Positions 39,420 to 48,708 of a stretch of 64,000 nucleotides of DNA are shown here, in pieces; the stretch's first letter is position 1; each line of letters opens with the position of its first letter. The translations under genes and the position numbers were made by a program. The notes beneath the pieces were generated by a model, which searched no databases, was not told where the DNA came from, and saw only the letters and a list, made by a program, of their open reading frames with translations. The DNA is from an uncultured Candidatus Micrarchaeota archaeon. GTDB taxonomy: Archaea; Micrarchaeota; Micrarchaeia; Anstonellales; Bilamarchaeaceae. Location: contig OY970229.1 of the NCBI GenBank assembly GCA_963714085.1, positions 608,001 through 672,000 of the forward strand, written 5' to 3'.

Positions 39420-40088
39420 TTGACGCTTGATTTCAAGGCATGGCTCGCGGAACTGACGCCCAGGCACTTCTACAGGTTCTGCATACTCGTCATGCTGCCG
39501 TTCCTGGTGGGCTTATGGGTGCTTCCGCATACAACATACATGGACGGCCAGCTTCTCAGCACCCCGTCCGAGAACCAAAGCGGCTCGTCGCAGAGCATCA
39601 CATACACGTTCACGCACAACACTGCGGATGTGTCGATGCTACAGCAGGTGAATGCGATATTCCCGCTAGCAGACTACCTGGATTTCCCGCCTTTTGTCGT
39701 ACACAACAACCCGCTGATATGCTTCGAGGACCAGGGCAGCTACGTGGTCTTGCCGGACGGAAGCGACTTCACTCCGAATTTCGACTGGGACGTTCAGTTC
39801 GGCAACAGCACCACGCTCGACATCCCGCCGAATTCCGTCAAATGCGCACGCACCACTCCGGGCCAGACCAACTCGTATGAATGGCACGCGACCATGGACA
39901 TAAACATGGCGGACCAGAACCTGACCAGCAACCTGACTTTCGTCCCGAAAACAACCACGTACCCCCGCTTCGTGATGGATTACGGCCTGCTCCAAGGCCT
40001 GGTGATGATACCGGTCTGCTACCTTTTCATATGGTATCCCGCAGCGGGCATATGGAAGAAGATGCACAAGGGCATGGGCGAGCAATGA
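39420..40088 (+). CDS. two-TM protein with extracellular beta domain (TTG start)
   Basis: GAGGAG SD upstream of TTG. Confidence 0.65.
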   Translation: MTLDFKAWLAELTPRHFYRFCILVMLPFLVGLWVLPHTTYMDGQLLSTPSENQSGSSQSITYTFTHNTADVSMLQQVNAIFPLADYLDFPPFVVHNNPLICFEDQGSYVVLPDGSDFTPNFDWDVQFGNSTTLDIPPNSVKCARTTPGQTNSYEWHATMDINMADQNLTSNLTFVPKTTTYPRFVMDYGLLQGLVMIPVCYLFIWYPAAGIWKKMHKGMGEQ

Positions 40089-40089
40089 C

Positions 40090-40398
40090 TCAGGTGGTGC
40101 TTTTTTCCACCCAGTCGAAATAGTTCTTCTCGCATCTCTTTATCGACAGGCCGATTATCTCCGGGACCTCGTGCGGATGGATCGCCCTGATGTGCGCCTC
40201 GGCTTTTTTGTAGAGGGCGGCTTTAGTCTTGATTAGCAGCAGCCATTCCCCGACCTCTATTGTTTTCCCCTTCCACCTGTAGACGGATTTACTTATAGGC
40301 AATATAGAGACGCATGCCGCGAGCTTCTCCTTTACGAGGGATTTCGCGATGCGCTCCGCGGCCTTCCTGTCCGGGCAGGTGTTCAGGATAAGCATCAT
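40090..40398 (-). CDS. cutA: divalent cation tolerance protein CutA
   Basis: LAAC, S.Y.W.G and HP.EVPEI motifs. Confidence 0.92.
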   Translation of the reverse strand: MMLILNTCPDRKAAERIAKSLVKEKLAACVSILPISKSVYRWKGKTIEVGEWLLLIKTKAALYKKAEAHIRAIHPHEVPEIIGLSIKRCEKNYFDWVEKSTT

Positions 40399-40407
40399 GC
40401 GGGAATG

Positions 40408-41595
40408 TCACCTCTTAAATGCTATTTCAAGCACGTCCCTGTGCTTGAGGACATAATCCGCGCCCAGGGCACGCTTGGTCCGCACGTCTATGGCCTTGAT
40501 GAAGTTCTCCGCGAACGTCGAGTGGATTGCTCCCGCGAAATCAATCGCGGTGGAGCCAGGCTTCATCAGCCAGACATCCGGCAAAACCCGGCCCTGATCG
40601 TCGGAGAGCTTGGCGACACCGCCGGCAAACACCGCGATGTACTTGAGATAGTCGAATACCGCGGAATTCAGGCACTTCTGCGCGCCGGTGCCCCCGAACT
40701 TGTCCATCAAGGCTTTCATTATCGCCATTGCCTTCTCCTGCTGGGGGTTCAGCTCCTTGAGCACCTTGAAGCTGGCGTCTCCGGGGATGTATTCGATGAA
40801 ACCGGTCTTCGCCGCGTTCTTTAGCGTGATCTCTGCCTCTGCGGAGCAGGGGACGATGAAATAGTTGGGGAATTCCTTTTTCAGCTTCAGGTAGTTATCA
40901 TAGCCGGTCGAGAGGTCGCACTTGTTCGCCGCGATTATCGTGGGCTTTCCCAGCTCCCTTAGCGTCCGGGCCAGGCTTAGGATGTCTTCTTCGGTCCAGT
41001 CCGAGAGCTGTTTCTCCCGCAGGCCGAGCTTGTTCAGCACGCGGATGGCGACGTCCTTCGTGAAACCCAGTCCAGCCATCTGGTTCGCTATCATCTCCTC
41101 GTTCTTCTTGTTCAGCTTCGCCTCGCGCTTGAGCTTGTCCCAGTTCCTCTTGAGTATGCCCTCTATCCAGTAGTTCAGCTCGTCCTCCAGGAAGCGGATG
41201 TCTTTGGCCGGGTCGTAGCTCCCCATGGGGACCTTCTCGCCCACCTCGTTCGTGGAGCCGGACACGTCCACGATGTGTATCAGCAGGTCCGCCTGGCGCA
41301 GGTCGTCGAGGAACTTGTTCCCCAGGCCCTTGCCTTCATGCGCTCCCGGAACCAGACCTGCCACGTCGAGCAGCTCCACCGGGACGAACCTGCGGCTGTT
41401 CTTGCAGAAGCCGGTGCGGGGGTTGCACTGGACGTTGAACTCCTTGTCCACGCACTCAATCTCCACGTAGGCGACCCCGTGGTTCGGCTTGATTGTCGTG
41501 AACGGCCTTGGCGAGCGCTCGACCGGCACGGCTGTCAACGCCTCGAAGAAAGTGCTTTTGCCCGTGGATGGTTTTCCGACTATTCCAATTAGCAT
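40408..41595 (-). CDS. ychF: Obg-family YchF-like GTPase/ATPase
   Basis: GKPSTGKST, PFTTI, DVAGL, NKCD and C-terminal TGS domain. Confidence 0.93.
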   Translation of the reverse strand: MLIGIVGKPSTGKSTFFEALTAVPVERSPRPFTTIKPNHGVAYVEIECVDKEFNVQCNPRTGFCKNSRRFVPVELLDVAGLVPGAHEGKGLGNKFLDDLRQADLLIHIVDVSGSTNEVGEKVPMGSYDPAKDIRFLEDELNYWIEGILKRNWDKLKREAKLNKKNEEMIANQMAGLGFTKDVAIRVLNKLGLREKQLSDWTEEDILSLARTLRELGKPTIIAANKCDLSTGYDNYLKLKKEFPNYFIVPCSAEAEITLKNAAKTGFIEYIPGDASFKVLKELNPQQEKAMAIMKALMDKFGGTGAQKCLNSAVFDYLKYIAVFAGGVAKLSDDQGRVLPDVWLMKPGSTAIDFAGAIHSTFAENFIKAIDVRTKRALGADYVLKHRDVLEIAFKR

Positions 41596-41656
41596 AGGTC
41601 TATCTCTGTGCAGCTTTTTTCTTAATGGTTCCTACCAATGAAGCCGGTTCGATGCT

Positions 41657-42277
41657 TCACCACTTGCCCTTGAACCTGTCCTCGAGCGAGCTTAGCCCCA
41701 GCGAGGAGACGCTATTCCAGAGCCTGAGCCTCCAGATTCCCTCTTCCCAGGCGAGGATGGAGAGCCCGGCGTTGCCGAGCGCCAGCGTCCTCCATTTTTC
41801 CAGGGGCATGCCGAGGATGTGCATTGCCAGGAGCACGAGCGGGCCGTGATGCGAGATCACTAGGATTTTCTCATGCGCGTCCTTCGAGATAGTAGCCTCG
41901 AAATAATCCGCCACCCTCTTTTGCACCTCTTCCGGCGTCTCCCCTCCTGGCGCCCTCAGATACGGGTCGAGGTGGAACCTTTCGGGATCCGGCACGGAAT
42001 CCCAGGGCTTGCCCTCCAGCGTCCCATAGTTCCTCTCCCGCAGCGCCGGGGAATATATCACCTCGCAACCTAGCCGCGCGCACTCAACGGTCTGCCTCGT
42101 CCGCAGCAGGTCGGAGCAATAGGCGATGCCTATCCCCTCCTTATCCAGTCGCTTCTGGAGCGCCTTTGCCTGCTCCTTGCCCAATTTGGTAAGCGGAGTG
42201 TCGCTCCAGCCTCCGAACGTATTCGTCTTATTTGCGTCAGATTCCCCATGCCTGAGCAGGAATATCTGTCTCGTCAT
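41657..42277 (-). CDS. histidine phosphatase (PGM family)
   Basis: RHGES, SDL.R and SH.G motifs. Confidence 0.92.
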   Translation of the reverse strand: MTRQIFLLRHGESDANKTNTFGGWSDTPLTKLGKEQAKALQKRLDKEGIGIAYCSDLLRTRQTVECARLGCEVIYSPALRERNYGTLEGKPWDSVPDPERFHLDPYLRAPGGETPEEVQKRVADYFEATISKDAHEKILVISHHGPLVLLAMHILGMPLEKWRTLALGNAGLSILAWEEGIWRLRLWNSVSSLGLSSLEDRFKGKW

Positions 42278-42278
42278 A

Positions 42279-42950
42279 TTACTTCACCTTCTTCGCTTCC
42301 AGCTCTCTCCGCGCATCCGAGCCGATCCATCTCGCAGCCCGATCCGAAGACGAAGCTAGCCTCCGGGCGATGGAGAGCGCTTCCTTGTGGAGTTTCGCAT
42401 TGCGCTTCCCTATCTGCCGCAGCGCCCAGTTTACCGCCTTTTTCACGAAATTGCGCTGGTCAGTGGAATATTTTTCGATTAACGGCAAGTATAAGAGGAA
42501 TTCCGCGTCTTTCGCCTTCTTGTCATGGACCGCGCGCGCGGCCATCATCACGAAACCTGCGCGCCTCACGAACTCCCGCTCGTCCGCCACCCACTGTCGG
42601 ATCTTTTTCTCGCAGTGCGGCGTCTTGTCGAACAGGTTGCCGCAGCACTGGTCGCAGATATCCCAGGAATAAAAATCGCCGGCCCACTTGTCCATCTGGT
42701 TCTCCGAGACCAGCTCCGGATCGTCTATCATGGACGCGAGTATTTTAGCCTCGTGGATGTCCTCCTTCCAGAGGCGCAGCGCGAGAGCGTGGTCCTTGCC
42801 TATCTCCTTTGCGAGCCTTCGGGTTTCGGGAACCGGAATCCCGAGCGCGGTGTCAGACACTATCCCGTACCTGGCCATCCCCTCCCTGAAGCCCGGTTTC
42901 GCGTTTTTCGAGAGGGCCTTGAGTTTCTTGATTACATCCTCGGGTTCCAT
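42279..42950 (-). CDS. AlkD-like DNA alkylation repair protein
   Basis: SWDICD and D.RNFVKKAVNWALR motifs. Confidence 0.9.
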   Translation of the reverse strand: MEPEDVIKKLKALSKNAKPGFREGMARYGIVSDTALGIPVPETRRLAKEIGKDHALALRLWKEDIHEAKILASMIDDPELVSENQMDKWAGDFYSWDICDQCCGNLFDKTPHCEKKIRQWVADEREFVRRAGFVMMAARAVHDKKAKDAEFLLYLPLIEKYSTDQRNFVKKAVNWALRQIGKRNAKLHKEALSIARRLASSSDRAARWIGSDARRELEAKKVK

Positions 42951-42955
42951 AAAGA

Positions 42956-43969
42956 TCATTCCACTGGACTTCCTTGCGCCTCCTGGTTCAAAGGAGGATA
43001 GCATCCGGGCATGAAATCAACTTTGTACTCTCTTGATATCAGTATGGAGTCGTAGCTTCTTATGATGTCGCCGAAGTGCTCCCGGAGCTTCTTCATCTCG
43101 CTGTGAAAATACTCGAAATTAGGCACCTCCAGTTCGAGCTCCACGTCCCAGCTTCCGTAGGCGGTGACCATGTTAAGGATGTTCCTGTGCTGTCGGACAT
43201 ACGCCATAAAGGCGTCCAACCTTTTCCGGTTTATGTTCCTGAGGTATATGAACGATTTGCAGAACTCATAGCCATAACGGTTGAGATCCAAGCCTATGCG
43301 GTAGGATAGGATTACCCCTTGTTTTTCCATAGCTTTCATGCGATGGCGTACTACTGCGGGCGTGGTTTTAGCCAGTTTCGCGATGCGGGTGGTCGGGAGA
43401 CGTGCGTTGTTGGCGATTATGCGCAGTATTTCCTTGTCCGTATCGTCCAACTCTGTCTTCTCCGCCCTTCCCCCGACATCCACGCTGACCGGCTTTTCGT
43501 CAACGGGATAGAACCAACGCCGGTTCTGCAGCATGTTGTGCTTAGTCGTGCTGACTTCCTTGGAAAGTATGTAATCGCTGAATTTCCCCATGAAATCCAT
43601 GAGGAACGAGTCATCCAGGTCGACCGGGTCCTCGGCCCAGGCGCCCACTACCATGTCCCACCTCCCGGAGCAGAAGCAGAGCCAGCCGTAGCGGGGCTGA
43701 GCATAGAGGTATTCTATTATCTCCTTCTCTAGTTTCGGGGTCGTGTTCTGGAGCTGGATGTATATCTTGAAGAAGTAATACCCGAATTTCGCGGTGTTGA
43801 TTATGGTGTAGAACTTGGAGATGCGCCCGTTCTCCAGCAGGCGCTTGATCCGATAGTGGGCCGACTCCTTGCTTATGCCCGCTTTTTTCGAGAGCGTGCT
43901 CAGTGGAACCCTTGCGTTCCTGTCGAGCTGGTACAGTATCTTCCGGTCTATCAGGTCCAAATCCTTCAT
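42956..43969 (-). CDS. tandem-duplicated Lrp/AsnC family regulator
   Basis: Two HTH-RAM units; third paralogue in the window. Confidence 0.9.
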   Translation of the reverse strand: MKDLDLIDRKILYQLDRNARVPLSTLSKKAGISKESAHYRIKRLLENGRISKFYTIINTAKFGYYFFKIYIQLQNTTPKLEKEIIEYLYAQPRYGWLCFCSGRWDMVVGAWAEDPVDLDDSFLMDFMGKFSDYILSKEVSTTKHNMLQNRRWFYPVDEKPVSVDVGGRAEKTELDDTDKEILRIIANNARLPTTRIAKLAKTTPAVVRHRMKAMEKQGVILSYRIGLDLNRYGYEFCKSFIYLRNINRKRLDAFMAYVRQHRNILNMVTAYGSWDVELELEVPNFEYFHSEMKKLREHFGDIIRSYDSILISREYKVDFMPGCYPPLNQEAQGSPVE

Positions 43970-44066
43970 AATGTTTAATATAATTAAGTAAATTTATTAA
44001 TATATATAATTTTGTTAAAATAATCAATAATAGTATTTAATAACATCTAAATCCCCTAAATAACAC
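43970..44066. promoter_or_regulatory. AT-rich divergent promoter region, cassette 3 (97 bp)
   Basis: Nearly all-A/T spacer between divergent starts. Confidence 0.7.
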
Positions 44067-45125
44067 ATGAACACCACGAAAAGGGTCCGGTTCAAACCGA
44101 TGGATTTCAGCGAGGCTGACATTTCAGATGTTTCCCGTAAGGGGAGGATGCCAACTATCATGGCTGAGACCATAGCAAGATGCTCCCTGAGATGCATCAA
44201 TTGCTATCGACAGGAAACTGATGGAGGATGGACGCAAAAAGGCCGGCAACTCAGCCTGGAGGAGAGGCTGACCCTCATACGGGATGCAGCCAAACTCGGT
44301 GCCATAACATACCAGATCGTAGGAGCTGGAGAAACACTGGACGACCCGGATTTCCCAAGGCAGCTTGAAGAAGCAAGGAAGTTCGGGATGGAAGTCATGG
44401 TGCCAACCAACGGGATCGGGCTGCAATCCGAACGTACTATGGATACGCTGGATGCATCCGGGGCCTCCGTACTCCTGAAACTGAATAGCTTCAGTGAGGA
44501 TGTTGAAAGACAATTGACCGGGCGAGCAGGTTACGCGGGTATGCGGAACAAGGTGCTGGAGAAACTGCTGGGCAGGAATTCGTTCAACAGGGAGGAGATT
44601 GGCAGGAGCGGAGCGATAACGACGAGGCTGGCGATAAGCTGCATGATAACGCGCCTCAACCAGCACGAACTCCTTGACGTCCTGAAGTTCTGCCGGGAAC
44701 GCAACATCGCCCCTTTCATCAATACTTTCATTCCTATGGGAAAGACGGCAAAGGAAATCGGACTGACTCCGGCACAGAAGGATGTCGAGGGATTGTTCCG
44801 GCAGGCAAAGGAGCAGGATACCCGGATGGGGATCGACGCTGGCAATGGAAGCATCTACCTCGGGGGAACGGAATGCTTCCAGCGGGGGCTGGGACCATAC
44901 GTAAACATCGTAGGGGAAGCGAGGGTCTGCGTAGGGGAGAAGGAAGCGGTGGGTAACATACGGGAAGAGCCTCTTGCAGCGATTTGGACGCGCATCAGGG
45001 AAACGACCGCGGATTACATCAGCCATTGCGGCCGCCGGGAATGCCCGCCCAGGGAAAACGCGCTCAAGGAGAGGGAAACAGAAGGCCAGGGCATGCATTG
45101 CAAAGACCTGGTTGTGCTGCGGTAG
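44067..45125 (+). CDS. radical SAM enzyme with SPASM/twitch-like domain (paralogue of 14921..16003)
   Basis: CSLRCINC, VGAGE, TRLAI, GG..C, GNIR and C.PRE motifs. Confidence 0.88.
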   Translation: MNTTKRVRFKPMDFSEADISDVSRKGRMPTIMAETIARCSLRCINCYRQETDGGWTQKGRQLSLEERLTLIRDAAKLGAITYQIVGAGETLDDPDFPRQLEEARKFGMEVMVPTNGIGLQSERTMDTLDASGASVLLKLNSFSEDVERQLTGRAGYAGMRNKVLEKLLGRNSFNREEIGRSGAITTRLAISCMITRLNQHELLDVLKFCRERNIAPFINTFIPMGKTAKEIGLTPAQKDVEGLFRQAKEQDTRMGIDAGNGSIYLGGTECFQRGLGPYVNIVGEARVCVGEKEAVGNIREEPLAAIWTRIRETTADYISHCGRRECPPRENALKERETEGQGMHCKDLVVLR

Positions 45126-45152
45126 GAGAAACGCGCTTCACAAGGTCTTTTT

Positions 45153-46613
45153 ATGAATAAAAAGATTTTTCTCATCAACGCAGGAAACGACAGGAAGTAT
45201 GGGAACGTGGTGCATGGCGCCAGTTTCCCTCCATTGGGCGTTGTCTCACTGGCGACGTATATCGGGAAAATGGCACCCAGATGGAACGTAAGGATATTGG
45301 ACGGGGTAGTCACGGATGAAAAAGGGATCTCGGAAGAATTGCGCAAAGAAAAACCAGGCGTGGTCGGAATCAGCGTCCTGTCCACTTCCTATCAAACTGC
45401 GCTGAGACTGGCAAGAACCGCGAAGGAGTTCGATGCTGTCACCATACTCGGCAACGACCAGGCTGCAAGCACGGGCCGGAACATACTGGCCGCCAGGCAG
45501 CAGATCGACTATATCTGCACCGCGGATGTCGGGGAAATGCCGCTGGTCCAATTTTTGGAATACCTTGAAGGGAAACGGAGGATAGCCGATGTCGCCAAGC
45601 TCATGTATCGGGCCGATGACGGGGCTATAATGCATAATTCCAATTTGCCGGAATTGAACCCTGGAAGGTTTGTTCTCGATCAAATACCGATTCCCGACAG
45701 GTCGTTACTGCCCGAGACGGTCAGATCCATTTACCAGAAAAACTACGCCGCAGCTTATCCTGATGAAGGCGTCACCGGAACAGCGACTATCGACCGGATC
45801 AGAGGCTGCGCAAGGGCAAATGCCAGGTGCGTGTATTGCGGGATAGCGGACCTTGCGATACGGAGTTCCAGCCCAGAAGTGTTCTGGGATGATGTCCGGA
45901 ACGCGAGGGAAACCGGAGCAGAAAGGCTCATGGAAGCGAGCGATAGCTTTTCCGCCATGCCGGGGTACCTCGAGCAGCTTGCGGACGCGAAGCCCGAAGA
46001 CCTGGATTTTCGCGCTTTTGTCTACACATCTGCCAGGGAGGTGAACCAAAGGCTGGTAGAGGCGTACAAGCGGCTGGGTATTTTTAGGGCGAACGTGGGC
46101 CTCGACAGCGGGGATGTGAACATGCTCAAAAGGTTGAAGGGACCTCGTGATTCCGTCGAACAGAATAAAGAGTCGGCCATGCTTCTCGCAGAAGCAGGCA
46201 TAAGGATTTACGCTTCTTTCGTCATCGGCGGACCGGGTGAGACCATGGAGAGCCTGGAGAACACGGGACGATTCATCAGATGGCTCATCGATGGAAATTT
46301 AGCGGATGGCGTAGAGGTGCAACCCCTTTTCCCGGGATTGAACACCAAAGCCGGAAGACTATTGACTAGTCCTGCGCTTGCCGCCAGGTATGCAGAATTG
46401 GAGGGATTCGAATTAAGGGATGTTGATCTGCTTCATCACATGCCAAAAAAATGGCTCGGCCATGAGAATCCAGACCCGGAAGAGATATCCAGGGACTGGA
46501 CGGCTATTTTTTCCGAAGTCCCCTATGACGACCTGCTCCATTTCAGCGATTCCGTTCAGAGCCATTCACAGGAAAAAGGAGTGCCAGCGGGTAGTTCCTG
46601 GACCGCAAGATAG
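45153..46613 (+). CDS. B12-binding-domain radical SAM enzyme
   Basis: PPLG..SLA cobalamin-binding N-terminus; RGC-x6-CVYC; G.DSG; IGGPGET. Confidence 0.85.
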   Translation: MNKKIFLINAGNDRKYGNVVHGASFPPLGVVSLATYIGKMAPRWNVRILDGVVTDEKGISEELRKEKPGVVGISVLSTSYQTALRLARTAKEFDAVTILGNDQAASTGRNILAARQQIDYICTADVGEMPLVQFLEYLEGKRRIADVAKLMYRADDGAIMHNSNLPELNPGRFVLDQIPIPDRSLLPETVRSIYQKNYAAAYPDEGVTGTATIDRIRGCARANARCVYCGIADLAIRSSSPEVFWDDVRNARETGAERLMEASDSFSAMPGYLEQLADAKPEDLDFRAFVYTSAREVNQRLVEAYKRLGIFRANVGLDSGDVNMLKRLKGPRDSVEQNKESAMLLAEAGIRIYASFVIGGPGETMESLENTGRFIRWLIDGNLADGVEVQPLFPGLNTKAGRLLTSPALAARYAELEGFELRDVDLLHHMPKKWLGHENPDPEEISRDWTAIFSEVPYDDLLHFSDSVQSHSQEKGVPAGSSWTAR

Positions 46614-46628
46614 GGGCAGAACAGGGCT

Positions 46629-47783
46629 TCATTTCCTAATTATGACTACGCTCTCGCGCGTCCTCACTTTCTGCGGCTTCACGTCCGCGATGCGCTCCGC
46701 GCCCACGACTATCTCGACATCCGAAAATCCTATGCGCAGCGCCATCTCTGCGAATATCTCGTCCACGAGCACGTGGGTGTCGTGGATGACAGAGTTGGAG
46801 ACGTTCACATAGGCTGCTCCGCCCGGGACGAGCACACGGTGCATCTCCTTGATCGCGCCTTCCATGTCCGCGAAATAAGTCCCGATTATCGGAATCCTTT
46901 CCCCTATCTCCCCGACTTCCACAGGCATCTCCTGAACCCGCATCTTCCTGCCTATGAACGAGCGCACGCTACGCATGCGGACCTCTTCGGCAGCGGCCTT
47001 GGACATTGCAAAAAGGCTGAGCTCCATGCCATAGATTTTGGAGTAATCGATATTGTTGAGGTAAGGCGGCGACGTGACAATGATGTCCTCGCTCGCGTCC
47101 GGAAGCCCCATGGACCGCGCATCTCCCAGGAAGACTTCCGGCTCTGGCGCAGCCTGATTAGCGCTCGCTTCCAGGTCCGCGAGCATCCGCTTGACCTTCC
47201 TACGGAAAGCGTCCTTAACCGGCATTGCGCTCTTGTCCTTGCTGATCTTGAGCACGCCTCCGTCCTTGATGATGAGGCTGGCTTGAGGCAGAGTGGAGAG
47301 CAGGGCGAGCAGGAGCAGGCTCCTCGGCCCCGGCTCCAGGTACTCGATGCGTTCGCGGAGGAAGAGTATGTCATTGAGATTACGCTTGGGGAACGCTTTC
47401 GAGGGGTCGAAAAGCTCGAATTCCCACTGCAACGGGGCTGGGGGCCTGCTCTCAGCGAAGATGCTGGCGCTGAACTCCTTCGCTATCTCTATATCACGGG
47501 ACGAATAGTTCCGGGTCTTCGTCTTCGAGACGAACGCCGCCAGGTCAGACGCATCTACACCTGTCGCGAAAATCCCTTCCTCCTTAGCCTCGAGAAGGCT
47601 TGTTCCAACGCCGCAGAACGGGTCGAGCAGGCGCTCCGGGGACGTCCTCTCATTGTTGATAGCCCACTTGACCAGCTCTGGCGAGAAGCCCTCCTTGTAC
47701 CAGAACCAGCAGTGGAACGGAAGCTCCTTGCTCTGGTCGAAGGTCATGTAGGGGCCGAGGGAGAAATCGTTCGTGATTTTCAT
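46629..47783 (-). CDS. amino-DNA methyltransferase (N4-C-like, motif I before motif IV)
   Basis: DPFCGVGT and TSPPY; N-terminal W..YKEGFS. Confidence 0.85.
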   Translation of the reverse strand: MKITNDFSLGPYMTFDQSKELPFHCWFWYKEGFSPELVKWAINNERTSPERLLDPFCGVGTSLLEAKEEGIFATGVDASDLAAFVSKTKTRNYSSRDIEIAKEFSASIFAESRPPAPLQWEFELFDPSKAFPKRNLNDILFLRERIEYLEPGPRSLLLLALLSTLPQASLIIKDGGVLKISKDKSAMPVKDAFRRKVKRMLADLEASANQAAPEPEVFLGDARSMGLPDASEDIIVTSPPYLNNIDYSKIYGMELSLFAMSKAAAEEVRMRSVRSFIGRKMRVQEMPVEVGEIGERIPIIGTYFADMEGAIKEMHRVLVPGGAAYVNVSNSVIHDTHVLVDEIFAEMALRIGFSDVEIVVGAERIADVKPQKVRTRESVVIIRK

Positions 47784-47789
47784 CGGAAT

Positions 47790-48221
47790 CTACACCAGCT
47801 TCTGCTGCCCTGTCCTCTTTTTATGCGCCTTACCCTCTTCAGCCGCGGCTTTCGAAAGCGCGTCAGCATCCTGATTCTGCTCCCTTGGGATGTGCTCGAA
47901 TTTCACCGCCATGCCGGTGCGGAGATCGTCCACCCTGAGCTTGAGCTCCTTGAGCTTCGCGTCCTTCACCTTGTATTGCCCGTTGAGCTGCCGCACGATG
48001 AGCTGGCTGTCGGACTTGATATGGACGCCGTTCTCGCCTTCATGCTTCGCGTATTCCAGGCCGCGGATGACGGCGCTGTACTCGGCTATGTTGTTCGTCC
48101 CTTCCCCGATATATTCGCTTATCTCCTTCACTTTTTTACCGTGACGGAGCACTACGACGCCTATGCCCATGGGCCCGGGGTTGCCCAGCGAAGCCCCGTC
48201 TGTGAAGATGGTGAGCGCCAT
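47790..48221 (-). CDS. rnhA: ribonuclease HI
   Basis: DGAS.GNPG, TNN.AEY, DSQL and N..AD motifs. Confidence 0.95.
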   Translation of the reverse strand: MALTIFTDGASLGNPGPMGIGVVVLRHGKKVKEISEYIGEGTNNIAEYSAVIRGLEYAKHEGENGVHIKSDSQLIVRQLNGQYKVKDAKLKELKLRVDDLRTGMAVKFEHIPREQNQDADALSKAAAEEGKAHKKRTGQQKLV

Positions 48222-48273
48222 GGAGAGCTTCGGCGGGGTTCGTTTTTAAAATGCTTTGTGGCGGTAGAATAGC

Positions 48274-48708
48274 ATGGTCAAGGTCATCCATCCTACGCCC
48301 GTGGTCAAGGTGGCGAAGGCCATCCTGCTCGCGGTCCTGCTTACGATCGTTCTCTACGCCATGAGGGATTACGTACAGGGCATCTTCGTACAGGTGCTGG
48401 CGATAATCTGGGGGCTGGCGATCCTTGCGTGCCTGGCCGCCTTCGTCTCCGTCATGTTCACCACGTTGGAGATAGGGGACGACGACCTGGTCTTCAAAAA
48501 GGGCCTGCTGGCCGTGAAGACCGTGCTGGTCCCGTACGACAAGGTGACGAACACGCGCTACAACCAGTCCCTCGTCGACAGGCTCTTCGGCGTCGGCAGG
48601 CTGGATGTGGAGACCGCCGGCCAGTTGGCCTTCATGATACCCTCGGTCCGCTACGATGACGTGAAGGGGATAATGCAGAGCGTGACCGGAAGCGGGGCGA
48701 AGAAATGA
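48274..48708 (+). CDS. membrane protein with bacterial PH (bPH_2) domain
   Basis: Two TM helices; Q...RLFG.G.L.VETAG. Confidence 0.8.
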   Translation: MVKVIHPTPVVKVAKAILLAVLLTIVLYAMRDYVQGIFVQVLAIIWGLAILACLAAFVSVMFTTLEIGDDDLVFKKGLLAVKTVLVPYDKVTNTRYNQSLVDRLFGVGRLDVETAGQLAFMIPSVRYDDVKGIMQSVTGSGAKK

